From positions 128,001 to 192,000 of the forward strand of contig CAVYHV010000017.1 of NCBI GenBank assembly GCA_963768425.1: a stretch of DNA of 64,000 bases, written 5' to 3'. Made by a program: the position numbers and the translations under genes. Below the pieces are notes generated by a model, which worked only from the letters and a program-made list of their open reading frames with translations, searched no databases and was not told the DNA's origin. The DNA is from Candidatus Bathyarchaeota archaeon. Lineage in GTDB: Archaea > Thermoproteota > Bathyarchaeia > Bathyarchaeales > Bathycorpusculaceae. Shown one piece after another: positions 53,933-63,589 of this stretch. Within the stretch, counting starts at the first letter, position 1. The number at the start of each line of letters is the position of its first letter.

Positions 53933-55062
53933 TTAACAGTCTTTGGAGCTGGATACAGATGCGTTTTGTATGAGGGTTATCCATTTATTTTTTCCTTCTA
54001 TTTTTATTCCGCATGCTTCGGAAGGGGTTTTGCCATCTAAGGCTTCATGAGGTCTAAAGTAGTTGTGGAACAATTGGTAACCTGTTAGGATTGCGGTGTC
54101 TTTGGTTTTTAGTCCTCGCATGACTATTTCTCGGTCTCGGATTTCACCATTCATCCTTTCCATTTTGTTATTGTTGTTTTTTGCGCTTGTGAATTTGATG
54201 CTTCTTATGTGGTTGGTGTTTGGGATAGATCTTGTTGAGCTGGCTTGGAAGTAAGCTGTATAAGCCATCTGTTATGAACGTTTCAGGTTTCTTTCCCATG
54301 AGGTAACTTGCTTTTGCAGAATAAGGTTCTTGCGTCATGCTTGTCTTTTGTGTCTGCTACTTCTTGAGCTATCCAAAAGCGGGTTTCATCATCCATCATG
54401 GCGAAGAGGTATTTCATGTTGCCTTTGACTTTTATCCATAGTTCGTCTGCTCTCCATGTGTCGCCGACGTTTGGCTCTATGGTTTCAACGTAGTCGTTCA
54501 TTAGTTTAATGTATTTTTTTATCCAGTTTAGGATTGTTCTGTAAGAGACTTCTACGCCTAAGAGTTTGAGTGACCGCATTGTGTTTCTTAGGCTTTCTCC
54601 GCTAAAGTATAGTTGCATGGCAGATGTGATTGCTTGAGGGTTATGCTTCATGCGTTCAAAGCCTAAGTTGAAAGTGAAGAATTTGTGGCAATCTTGGCAA
54701 TAGAATTTTTGAAGGTTTCCTGTCTTGTTTTTGCGTATTCCCTTCTTTATGAAGTTGCTTGAACCGCAAAAGATACATTCCGAAATGTTTTCTATGGGGA
54801 CTATTGTTCTTACTGCTACCTCTGCTCTTAGGGATTGTGAGAAGTTTACGGCGTGGATGTGTTTGCATTCTACATGTCGGTATTTGTTGTCTGGGCAATC
54901 GCATAGCCATTCTCCGTTAACTTTGTTAACGGTGTATTCGCCGTTGTCTGGATTGAGATTTAACGATGTAGAGGCATTTCGTCTATTCTTTTTACTTGCC
55001 CGTTCCGATTGGGCTATTGTTTGACCGCGTTCTTCTCTTGTGGTTGTTAGTCTTTGAGTCAT
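53933..55062 (-). CDS. IS6-like DDE transposase with SWIM and zinc-ribbon N-terminus (several apparent indels)
   Basis: CDCPD..CKHIHA (SWIM), CIFC..CQDC, HTH (SLRNT..SYRTILNW), WRADELW, YLFAMMDDETRF, NNKMERMNGEIRDR, HNYFRPHEAL. Confidence 0.85.
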
Positions 55063-55066
55063 GCTT

Positions 55067-55172
55067 ATACCCTCACATATACCTAATAGCATACCCATTA
55101 ATAAGCATTTAGGCATAGTGATAGGTATATTAATATACACCTTCCCCCTAAACAATACCCATAACAAGGTAT
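55067..55172. promoter_or_regulatory. ATACC/GGTAT repeat array in the divergent transposase-AbrB promoter region
   Basis: ATACC at 55067, 55079, 55091 (12-bp period) and 55155; GGTAT at 55124 and 55168. Confidence 0.5.
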
Positions 55173-55176
55173 AACA

Positions 55177-55359
55177 ATGGGAGAAATAACATTCCTAAAC
55201 AAAGCATCCCCAAAAACCGAATCCCTAAGAACAACCGTGCCAGCAAGCATAATCAAACAATTCGGCTTAACCGAATACGATAAACTAGAATGGATTCTCA
55301 AAGCAGAAGGCAGTGAATTAGTAATTATCGTTAAGCCTCAAAAAGGTGAAGTTAGGTAG
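55177..55359 (+). CDS. AbrB/MazE/SpoVT-type DNA-binding protein
   Basis: SLRTTVPASIIKQFGLTEYDKLEW. Confidence 0.8.
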   Translation: MGEITFLNKASPKTESLRTTVPASIIKQFGLTEYDKLEWILKAEGSELVIIVKPQKGEVR

Positions 55360-55361
55360 AG

Positions 55362-55781
55362 ATGGCTAGAGGAAAAGGCTTTGTTAATTATCTAGAAAAT
55401 CCTATTGTGGCTTTCCTATTTGTGGTAGCCTGTTTAGTGTTTATTGGTTGGTTATTGCCTGATTTTTGGATTTTTGGTTTTACAGCAATTTTTACCTATT
55501 TGGTTAGCGACATTCTGCTAAGTCTCATCATCAAGGGTGGAAACGGCATAGCGGTTATTCCAACTATTGACAACAAAACTAAACATAAAGGACACGCTTA
55601 CTTGGCATTTTTCATAGGAATGATTTTTGCAACAGTGTTTAGTGGGTTCTTTAATAACATTATTCTGTCAACAATGAAAGATTCAAATCAGTGGTTTTAT
55701 GCAGTTGTTATTGCGAGCTTTGGTTTAGGAATTGCTGTTTTTGCTGATCTTCAAGCCAGATTCTATGCTCATAACGAATGA
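55362..55781 (+). CDS. Four-TM membrane protein (cargo)
   Basis: Hydrophobic ORF directly after the AbrB gene. Confidence 0.6.
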   Translation: MARGKGFVNYLENPIVAFLFVVACLVFIGWLLPDFWIFGFTAIFTYLVSDILLSLIIKGGNGIAVIPTIDNKTKHKGHAYLAFFIGMIFATVFSGFFNNIILSTMKDSNQWFYAVVIASFGLGIAVFADLQARFYAHNE

Positions 55782-55963
55782 GAAACATCAAAGAACCGAA
55801 ACACACAGACAATCCCACGATAGTATTTACATCTGCCCATAGCGCAACTATAGAAAAGATGATAATGGCAAGAACCCCTAATACCATTATTTTTTCATGA
55901 GGTAAGAACTCTTCCCAGAAATCCTTAACTACTTTCAGGATTATCAGCAAAAGAAAAAGAGAA

Positions 55964-56158
55964 TTATTGTTTTCTTGGTTTATTCATGTCAACGTTTGGT
56001 AAGTCGAAACGGTTAGGCGCACTTAGCCACTGTTCAATATTTTTGGCTTTTGGAGCTTTCAAACTTTGGTCAATTGCTTTGGCGTGGGCGCTTCTTATAG
56101 CTTGAACCTTTCCTAGCCCTTCTAATCTGACTACCGTAACTAGAACCTTGTTTTCCAC
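55964..56158 (-). CDS. Small hypothetical protein (cargo)
   Basis: 64-aa ORF with AAGGTTGA SD-like sequence upstream. Confidence 0.4.
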   Translation of the reverse strand: MENKVLVTVVRLEGLGKVQAIRSAHAKAIDQSLKAPKAKNIEQWLSAPNRFDLPNVDMNKPRKQ

Positions 56159-56213
56159 GATAACTCAACCTTATCAACCTCAAAAGAAAAATAAAGAGCG
56201 TTGTTCGGTTGTT

Positions 56214-56816
56214 TTAAACAGTAGCTTCTTTTTGTGTTTGAACTAGAGGTTCTGATTCTTCCCATACCCTGTTAAAGAAATCTATCGCTTGAGTGATTAC
56301 GTCTTTGTTGTTGGAGTATATTCCAGCATCGAAACGTTCGCCTCCAAAACATTCGGTTTGAACATCTCCTGAACCAATAATGAGAATCTGTCTTTGAGGG
56401 ACACAGAATATTCGAGCATGTAACATGGGGTGTAATCTCACATCAGCTCCTGCTTTTTGTATCCTTTTTAGTGCATCTTTGTTTTTCTTGGTCTGAATTG
56501 CGGTTGCTGGGCTTATGATTTTGAATTGTTTAGCTACGGTTGTTAATTTGTTTAGCATCACTTGGTCAAAATAACCCATGACATAAAAAGTTTCATTGCT
56601 ATACATTCCACCATGCATGCCACCCATTCTTGGGTCAAACAAACCTTCTATAATTCCACTATAGGTTCTGATTTGTGGAGAGTTTTCAACAAATCTAGGT
56701 GCTAGTCCTTGAGGGTTTTCCTGTATCTGTCTCATTCTTGCCAGTTCTTGCTCTATTGTAATTATCCTTCTTCTGATGTCTTCCACAATTTGAGCTATCC
56801 CTTCGTTTTCAGGCAT
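56214..56816 (-). CDS. PLD-like domain protein with N-terminal coiled coil and degenerate HKD motif
   Basis: LHARIFCVPQRQILIIGSGD..DAGI..FFNRVWEES. Confidence 0.65.
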   Translation of the reverse strand: MPENEGIAQIVEDIRRRIITIEQELARMRQIQENPQGLAPRFVENSPQIRTYSGIIEGLFDPRMGGMHGGMYSNETFYVMGYFDQVMLNKLTTVAKQFKIISPATAIQTKKNKDALKRIQKAGADVRLHPMLHARIFCVPQRQILIIGSGDVQTECFGGERFDAGIYSNNKDVITQAIDFFNRVWEESEPLVQTQKEATV

Positions 56817-56947
56817 TTTTTACCCCTGAACTTTAATCATAGCTTTAAGTAGAAAAGATTTGCCTATGCTTTTCTTAGGTGACGGTTTTTCACAGAAAGA
56901 CAGGAAATCACCTATTCTTAGGTAGGTGACGTTAAATACACAGAACC

Positions 56948-56955
56948 TCACGCTT
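56948..56955 (+). repeat. Right target-site duplication TCACGCTT
   Basis: Identical to 51434-51441. Confidence 0.9.
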
Positions 56956-56974
56956 AAGGTAGCAGGCACAAAAC

Positions 56975-57826
56975 ATGGCTATAATCGAAACCAAAAACCT
57001 CACCTACACCTATCCAAGCGCAGCCAAACCGTCAATAGCCGAAGTATCCATCAAGGTTGAGAAAGGCGAATTCGTGCTTATTACGGGTCCAAGCGGCTGC
57101 GGAAAAACAACTTTGTGCCGATGCTTCAATGGGCTTATCCCTCATTTTTATCAGGGTGAGATGAAAGGAGAAATTACTGTTGCAGGCGAAGATGTCCTTA
57201 AACGCCATACTTACGAAATGGCTAAACACGTTGGGCTTGTGTTTCAAAACCCAGAAAACCAGCTGTTCGCCCTGTCAGTCGAGAAAGACGTGGCTTTCGG
57301 GCTGGAAAACCTCGGAGTTTCCAGACCTGAAATCCGAAAAAAAGTGGATTGGGCGCTAAACCAAACAGGCATTTACGATTTGCGCGAGCGCTCCCCGCAT
57401 GAAATCAGTGGTGGACAACAGCAACGCGTTGCAATTGCCGCTGTTCTGGCGATGGAACCCGAAATCATTGTGCTGGACGAGCCAACTTCTTTTCTTGATC
57501 CGTTGAGCGCACAGAAAATCTTTGATGTCATTTACGATTTAAACAGAAAACAGGGCATCACAGTTATTCTTGTCGAGCACAGACTTGATTTGACGGCAAA
57601 GTACGCGAACCACCTCATCGTTATGGATGAGGGAAAAGTGCGCTTTGAAGGCAACCCGAGAGAAATCCTAAGCTCAGAAGAAACACGCTTAATCGGAGTG
57701 GGCATTCCCAAAGCAACCCTGTTGTACAAAATGCTTAAAAAAGACGGTTTAAACCTGGACGGCAACACACCCCTTTCTTCAGAAGAGCTTGCTGACCAAC
57801 TGTTGGAGACACTTAGAGCAAAATGA
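56975..57826 (+). CDS. ecfA1: ECF transporter ATPase A1
   Basis: GPSGCGKTT, FQNPENQ, SGGQQQR, DEPT. Confidence 0.92.
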   Translation: MAIIETKNLTYTYPSAAKPSIAEVSIKVEKGEFVLITGPSGCGKTTLCRCFNGLIPHFYQGEMKGEITVAGEDVLKRHTYEMAKHVGLVFQNPENQLFALSVEKDVAFGLENLGVSRPEIRKKVDWALNQTGIYDLRERSPHEISGGQQQRVAIAAVLAMEPEIIVLDEPTSFLDPLSAQKIFDVIYDLNRKQGITVILVEHRLDLTAKYANHLIVMDEGKVRFEGNPREILSSEETRLIGVGIPKATLLYKMLKKDGLNLDGNTPLSSEELADQLLETLRAK

Positions 57827-58647
57827 TTGAAGCTATAGATGTCCGCTTTTCGTATGCTAGGAAGATTGAAGCCCTCAAAGGCGTTACGTTGACGGTGAAA
57901 GACGGCGAGTTCTTGGCGATAATGGGCCAGAACGGAGCGGGAAAATCAACCTTCGTCAAACACTTTAATGGTCTCCTAAAACCCACCTCGGGAAAGGTAA
58001 TAGTCGACGGGGTTGAAACAACTAAAACAAGCGTCGCAACTTTGGCCAGGAACGTAGGGTTTGTTTTCCAAAATCCTGACCACCAACTTTTCAGCGAAAC
58101 AGTCGAAGAAGAAATCGCCTTCGCCCTCAAAAACTTCGGGTTCGCCACGGACGTCATTGAGAAGCGGGTTACATGGGCTCTGGAGCTACTATCACTTACT
58201 CAGTACCGGAAAACATCGCCTTTCCTGCTGAGTGGAGGCGAGCGAAAACGTGTTGCGTTGGCTTCGGTTTTGGCTTGGAACCCGCAGACCCTGATTTTGG
58301 ATGAACCCACAATTGGACAGGACCATGAGCAGAAAGAGAAACTAACCCAATTCATCTTACAAATGCAGGCGCAGGGAAAAACCGTGGTCATTGTCACTCA
58401 TGACGTCGAGTTCGTCGCCGAATGCAACCCCCGCGTGGTTTTGATGAAGGAAGGGAAAATTGTTGCTGAAGGTATGGGAAAAGACATCTTGACAAACCCG
58501 CAAATCCTCGCAGAATCGTCCATTGTCCTCCCCCAAATAGCGCAGGTCTTCTCAAAGCTGTCGCCTCTGGGCTTCCCAAAAAACGTCATTGATATTTACG
58601 AAGCAGAAAAGATAATCCTAAACGCCATGGGAAGCAAACGGCAATGA
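57823..58647 (+). CDS. ecfA2: ECF transporter ATPase A2
   Basis: GQNGAGKST, FQNPDHQ, LSGGERKR, DEPT. Confidence 0.92.
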   Translation: MIEAIDVRFSYARKIEALKGVTLTVKDGEFLAIMGQNGAGKSTFVKHFNGLLKPTSGKVIVDGVETTKTSVATLARNVGFVFQNPDHQLFSETVEEEIAFALKNFGFATDVIEKRVTWALELLSLTQYRKTSPFLLSGGERKRVALASVLAWNPQTLILDEPTIGQDHEQKEKLTQFILQMQAQGKTVVIVTHDVEFVAECNPRVVLMKEGKIVAEGMGKDILTNPQILAESSIVLPQIAQVFSKLSPLGFPKNVIDIYEAEKIILNAMGSKRQ

Positions 58648-59426
58648 GCGTTTTCGACGGGTTAAAGTTCCGAAAAGTTTATTCTCCAATCCACAATTTG
58701 GACCCACGAGTAAAATTCATTTACGTCATATCGATCTTCGCTGTTGCGATAATCTTTGCGCAAATCATTCCACTGCTTTTTCTGTTCGTTTTGCAGGTTC
58801 CTTTCGTGCTTTTGGCGCGTGTGCAGCGGCAGTGGCTTCGCTCGTTAAGGGGAGCAGCTTTTTTGGCAGCAGTCATCTTCGCAGTAAACGTTGGAACGTC
58901 TTTCTTCTATGCAGGCTACAAATTAGCTCCGCCTGCCGTAGAAAGCGCCATTGCCCTTACCCTGCGTTTCGTGGTGCTTGTTGAATCCTTTTCAGTTTTC
59001 TTCCTAACAACATCCCCTGACCACTTAGGCTTAGCGCTAGAAGAATCCCACGTACCCTACGAATTCGCCTTCGCCTTCACCACAGCAGTGCGTTTCGTCC
59101 CCGTTCTTGCAGAGGAAGCCCAAACAATTATGGATGCGCAAAAAGCCAGGGGGTTGGAACTCGAGAAAGGAGGCCTGATGAAGCGAATCAGAAATTACAT
59201 CCCCGTTCTTATCCCGTTAATAGTCAGCGCAATCCGAAGGAGCCTTGAGTTGGCTGAGGCAATGGAGAGCCGCGCATGGGGAGCTACTAAGAAACGCACC
59301 AACCTTTACTCGCTAAAACTCCATAAAGGAGATTACGCACTGTTGGCAATCACAATCGGAATATTGATTGCAGCTGTTTACACTCGTCTGTATGTGCCTA
59401 TCCCTACAATCGTCCATCTGCTTTAA
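58644..59426 (+). CDS. ecfT: ECF transporter T component
   Basis: LDPRVK, RFVP, AQKARG, AMESR. Confidence 0.93.
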   Translation: MSVFDGLKFRKVYSPIHNLDPRVKFIYVISIFAVAIIFAQIIPLLFLFVLQVPFVLLARVQRQWLRSLRGAAFLAAVIFAVNVGTSFFYAGYKLAPPAVESAIALTLRFVVLVESFSVFFLTTSPDHLGLALEESHVPYEFAFAFTTAVRFVPVLAEEAQTIMDAQKARGLELEKGGLMKRIRNYIPVLIPLIVSAIRRSLELAEAMESRAWGATKKRTNLYSLKLHKGDYALLAITIGILIAAVYTRLYVPIPTIVHLL

Positions 59427-59504
59427 CGCAAAGACGCATTAACGAAATTTCTTAGAGACAGAAACTTTAATGTTTGACAACCCAAAAGAGAAAGATGAGA
59501 TTTA

Positions 59505-60381
59505 ATGGCTGAGCATACACGTTTTGGACCTGCAGGCGTCCCGCCGATGTTCCGGCTTATGGGAGCTGACTTGCCGGACGTTCCCAAGTTGCTGCGGGAG
59601 GAAGGCTTGGATGCATTGGAGTACGAAGCTGTCCGTTGGGGGCCAAAGCCGCAGATTTCAAAGGAGTTGGCGGAAAAGCTGGGTGCAGCGGCTAAAGCAA
59701 ATGACGTGCAGCTTAGCCTTCATGGATCTTACTACATCAACCTGTCAGGCAAACGTGACGTCGTCGAAGCAAGCAAACGGCGGCTAATAGCCTCTGCCAT
59801 CGCAGCAGAATGGATGGGAGCTTACGTCATGGTGTTCCACACCGGGTTCTATGGGCGCTTCGAAAAGGACTTTGCCTTCAAAACTTGTCTGGAAGCACTC
59901 AAAGAAGTTAGCGCTGAAATGCGGAGTCTTGGACTTCAGGGTGAAGCTTGGTCCTGAAACGATGGGAAGAAAATTCCAAGTAGGCAGTCTAGACGAAATC
60001 CTGATGATTAACCAAGAGATCGAAGGGACTCAGCTTGTTGTTGACTGGGCTCACCTCCACGCGATTCACCAGGGAACACTAAAGAAAACCGAAGACTTTC
60101 GGAAAATCGCCGAAAAAGTCGAAGAAAGACTCGGCACTGAAGTGATGCGGAGCATGCATTGCCACTTCTCAAAAATCGAGTACTCAGAGCAAGGCGAAAA
60201 AAAGCATCACACACTTGATGACGATGGGTTTGGTCCAGACTTCCGCATGCTAGCCGAAGTCATCGTCGATTTTCACATGCATCCGACAATGATATGCGAA
60301 TCGCCCATCTTGGATGTTGATGCCAGGAAAATGAAAGAAACACTCAAAGAAGTGCTTGAAGCTAAAACGCCGAAAAACTAG
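59505..60381 (+). CDS. nfo: Endonuclease IV / AP endonuclease 2 (frameshift ~59938)
   Basis: RFGPAG, HGSYYINL, ETMG, DWAHLHA, HCHFS, ICESP. Confidence 0.88.
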
Positions 60382-60384
60382 AAA

Positions 60385-61002
60385 CTATTCTTTTCGATTG
60401 GATAGCAATTGTTCGGCAAGTTGCAGTTCTCTTACTGTGTTGATGTTGACGGCTAGTTCTTCTAGGTCTAGCAGATAGATGTCTTGGTCGAGCCATTCGT
60501 CGCCGTAACGTTTGCGACCGTCGATGACGTTGATGCCGACGGGAACCACGTCTTTGTCGTTCATTTTGAACGAGTACTCGACGCACATGCCCAAACGCTT
60601 TTTGGTTTCAAGAGGTACCGCTACGGTTAGGGCGGGTTTGCCGCATTGCTCATAGCGTTCCACGATTGCATCCAACACTTCAGCCGTGACAAGAGGTAAG
60701 TCAGCCGCGATAGCTAAGAAAACGCCTAGTTTGAGGTTTTGGCTCGCGTAGCCCATGTCTGAAACATAGTCTTTCCCAGGCGTGTCAACCACTTTGACCG
60801 GGAAGCTGCTCAAGTGTGTGGTAGTCTTCGGTGTGCAAGCGCTTGTTGCAACAATGATGCTGTCTATTTTCTTGGCGTCCTTTAGTGCTTCAATCACGTA
60901 TTCGATTACTGGTTTCCCGCAGATTTTAATCAACGGCTTTTCTTCGCGGATTTGCATGCGTGTTCCTCTTCCGCCAGCCATGACAAGCGCCTTTACGCCC
61001 AA
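60385..61002 (-). CDS. cobY: Adenosylcobinamide-phosphate guanylyltransferase
   Basis: MAGGRGTRM, EKPLI, ADLP, NINT; within the cob cluster. Confidence 0.87.
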   Translation of the reverse strand: MGVKALVMAGGRGTRMQIREEKPLIKICGKPVIEYVIEALKDAKKIDSIIVATSACTPKTTTHLSSFPVKVVDTPGKDYVSDMGYASQNLKLGVFLAIAADLPLVTAEVLDAIVERYEQCGKPALTVAVPLETKKRLGMCVEYSFKMNDKDVVPVGINVIDGRKRYGDEWLDQDIYLLDLEELAVNINTVRELQLAEQLLSNRKE

Positions 61003-61767
61003 GCAGCCACCGCCAGCAATACAATCACGCAGACCATTCGGGTTATTTCGTTAGTGGCTCCGAAAACGTCGCCTGTGACCCCGCCGAAATGCCTGTGAGC
61101 AACTGCAACCATCACCAAACTTGTGACAACGCTTGCTAAGACAACCATCGCGCCTGCCCAACCAAGCAGAGGCAAAGCAACCGCAAAAGAAAGCACGAGC
61201 GCAACGAGGAGCCTTAAATTACCTTTGCCGCCGCTCATGGCTTCAAGAAATGGGGAATTCATGCCTTGATGAACTGATTTTCCAGCCCAAGCCATGATAA
61301 CCATGGAAAGTTTAGCTGAAGCCTCAATAACAATGATGCCGCCGACAATCAAAGGAATTTTGAACAGACCGTTGACCTACGATTTGTCCAATGGCTAAGG
61401 CTGAGATAAGCATGGTCATAATGCCTATAGATAAGCCTCCTGCACCTGTGAGTTGGTCATGCATAACCTCGATTTTGTGTTCGGGTGTACCATGAGCCAT
61501 GACGCCGTCGCCAAAATCCAGCAAGCCGTCGGTATGGTGAAGCCCAGTAATTAGAAGCAACAAAGCTAAAACTAAGCCGCCGACGACTATGCCTGGCAAA
61601 AATTGGTCAGCCACCCAACCAAAAACCCCAGCAATTAAGCCGATAACTGCGCCGATAAGCGGGAAAGTCCACATGCCTTTGGCGCAGTCAGTAAGCATGT
61701 CCTTGTCCATCGCTACGGGAAAGATTGTGAGGAAAGACAGCAGGTTCTTGAGCTCTTTAATAACCAT
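60993..61767 (-). CDS. cobS: Cobalamin synthase (frameshift ~61375)
   Basis: SFLTIFP, GLHHTDGLLDFGDG, MHD, GGVTGDVFGA. Confidence 0.92.
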
Positions 61768-61768
61768 C

Positions 61769-62869
61769 TCACTTCAAACCCATAAGCAAACCATAATTGT
61801 GCTCTATCTCTTTAAGCAATAGGTCAGCCGTCACAGCGCCGCCAAGCTTCGCCATAGCAGCGATCGAAGCGCCCCCCGCACCGACCCCTTCCTTCACAAG
61901 ACCCGTCTCGTAGATTTGCAACCCTGGGAAACGTGAACAACCAAAGTTCAGATTAGCCGCTAAAATCGGTACATCACAGAACTGCTTCACAATCCCTTTG
62001 AGGTCAGACGACTTGTCTTTTGCAACCCATCTGGTTGTGCCCACAGCCACGTTACACAAAACGTCGGGCTGCAAAGCGTTAATCAAGGCTAAGACAGCGC
62101 TCATCTGGGTTCCGCCCGCCATCAAAACGGGGACTTGTCCAGCCGCACCAACAACCAAACCTGTGAACGCGGCCATCATCGGGTCGCCAACGCAGGAAAT
62201 CGCCTTAACAGGGTCTTTCGCTAAGCTACCGAAGCTTTGACCTGCAGCCGCCAAACCCGCCTTAACTGTTTCAGCCTTTAAAATGTGGGGATTCTGAGGC
62301 AACGTGCTGCTTACCTTTCCCTCAGCACTCACGCCAAGAGCCGACAGTACGCCAAGTGCGGTTGTTGTTCCCCCTGGAATGCTCTCGCCAATCACAAGGT
62401 AATCAACGGCCTTCGCCAAGTTTTGCCCAGCAATTTTGGCGCGTTCAATAACTTCTGCAACATTGTCAACTGCGTTGCCGCTTCGAATGTCCCTACCAGG
62501 GTTTCCGCCCAAATCTAAAAAAGGAATCTGAGGCTTCACTCTTACCCCGCCGCTGGCTATGAGCACAGGAATGTCGGCGAGTTGCAGAGCGGACCTTGTA
62601 ATCAATCCAGGCGTGGGGATTCCGTCGGGAGTTATGGGAACACCGTTGATGGATTTGCATTTGCCTAAAAGAAGCAGTTCAGCGTCTGCGGGCGGAGTGT
62701 AATCCGTGAATTCGGGGTTTGCACCAGCCGCAGATATTCCTGCGATTTTGCCAGTTTCAGTTGTTCCGATTGTGCAGATGAAAAGTGGGTTTTTGCCCGC
62801 GACTTCATCGAGGAAAGCCTTAGCTTTCAACTCGTTATTCGCGATTATTACGTCGAGTGCTTGGTCCAT
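61769..62869 (-). CDS. cobT: Archaeal-type nicotinate-mononucleotide:base phosphoribosyltransferase
   Basis: GISAAG, ESIPGGTTTA, GDPM, AGGTQM, VKEGVGAGG. Confidence 0.9.
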   Translation of the reverse strand: MDQALDVIIANNELKAKAFLDEVAGKNPLFICTIGTTETGKIAGISAAGANPEFTDYTPPADAELLLLGKCKSINGVPITPDGIPTPGLITRSALQLADIPVLIASGGVRVKPQIPFLDLGGNPGRDIRSGNAVDNVAEVIERAKIAGQNLAKAVDYLVIGESIPGGTTTALGVLSALGVSAEGKVSSTLPQNPHILKAETVKAGLAAAGQSFGSLAKDPVKAISCVGDPMMAAFTGLVVGAAGQVPVLMAGGTQMSAVLALINALQPDVLCNVAVGTTRWVAKDKSSDLKGIVKQFCDVPILAANLNFGCSRFPGLQIYETGLVKEGVGAGGASIAAMAKLGGAVTADLLLKEIEHNYGLLMGLK

Positions 62870-62870
62870 C

Positions 62871-63557
62871 CTACGTTTTTCCCTTGCCTTTCGGCTTGAC
62901 TTCGAACTTTTTGATTTCGAGACATCCGAAGCCGCCGTCTAGCTTGTGCTTTTGTGTTTCTAGGATTTCAATCTTTTTCCTAAATGTGGGTCCATCGGTC
63001 ACGACCGTATGGTATTCGCCGCCTTCGCCGCATGGGTCAACGCCGCCGAGTTTAAGGATATCGTCATAAAATTTTCTGTCCAGCACCCTTCCAAGCCACT
63101 CAACACCAAGCTTCTCCAGGTTCGTGCGGACTACGGTTGCTTTAAAACCAGTTTTCAAGTAATCAAGATAAATCTGCTTCGTGTCACCCATCCATAGCGG
63201 CTTAATCGGCTTCAAACCGACTTCTTTGAGTACTCTGCCCAGCCAACCCTCTTCATGCCCAGCCACCTCATAGATGTCACCTGTAACTAAGCCTTCGACG
63301 CCTTCGGCTTTGAAGTGTCGCAACGCAGCTTTGAAGTCGTCCTCGTACGTTTTGGGGGTTGCTTGTTGTTTCACAATGGGGATTCCAATTGCGTCTGACT
63401 GAGCATCCAAAATTCCTACCGGTATCATGTGGAAGTTTGATTTTTCCTTGCTCATCATCATGGTCAAAATTTTGACTACTTCGTAGCCCTGCTGGATTGC
63501 CAAGTAGTAAGCGTAGCAACTGTCTTTGCCGCCGCTCCAAGAAGCAACAACTTTCAT
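62871..63557 (-). CDS. DUF71/COG2102 (Dph6-like) PP-loop ATP pyrophosphatase
   Basis: SWSGGKDS, GDI, PLW, DPCGEGGEYHT; first gene of the cob operon. Confidence 0.9.
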   Translation of the reverse strand: MKVVASWSGGKDSCYAYYLAIQQGYEVVKILTMMMSKEKSNFHMIPVGILDAQSDAIGIPIVKQQATPKTYEDDFKAALRHFKAEGVEGLVTGDIYEVAGHEEGWLGRVLKEVGLKPIKPLWMGDTKQIYLDYLKTGFKATVVRTNLEKLGVEWLGRVLDRKFYDDILKLGGVDPCGEGGEYHTVVTDGPTFRKKIEILETQKHKLDGGFGCLEIKKFEVKPKGKGKT

Positions 63558-63589
63558 TTCCGTTTAATCCTCCCATAATATCCTTCACC

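Larger units (their letters stand above)
51442..56947. mobile_element. IS6-family-like cargo transposon, 5506 bp
   Basis: TIRs GGTTCTGTGAAATAAACGTTACC / GGTTCTGTGTATTTAACGTCACC (19/23), 8-bp TSD, inner repeats offset 48 bp at both ends, central DDE transposase, AT-rich cargo. Confidence 0.9.

Noticed and set aside
55708-55950. 80-aa hydrophobic ORF in the transposon
   Set aside because: Overlaps the convergent 55362..55781 gene and has an uncertain start; possible but not supportable.
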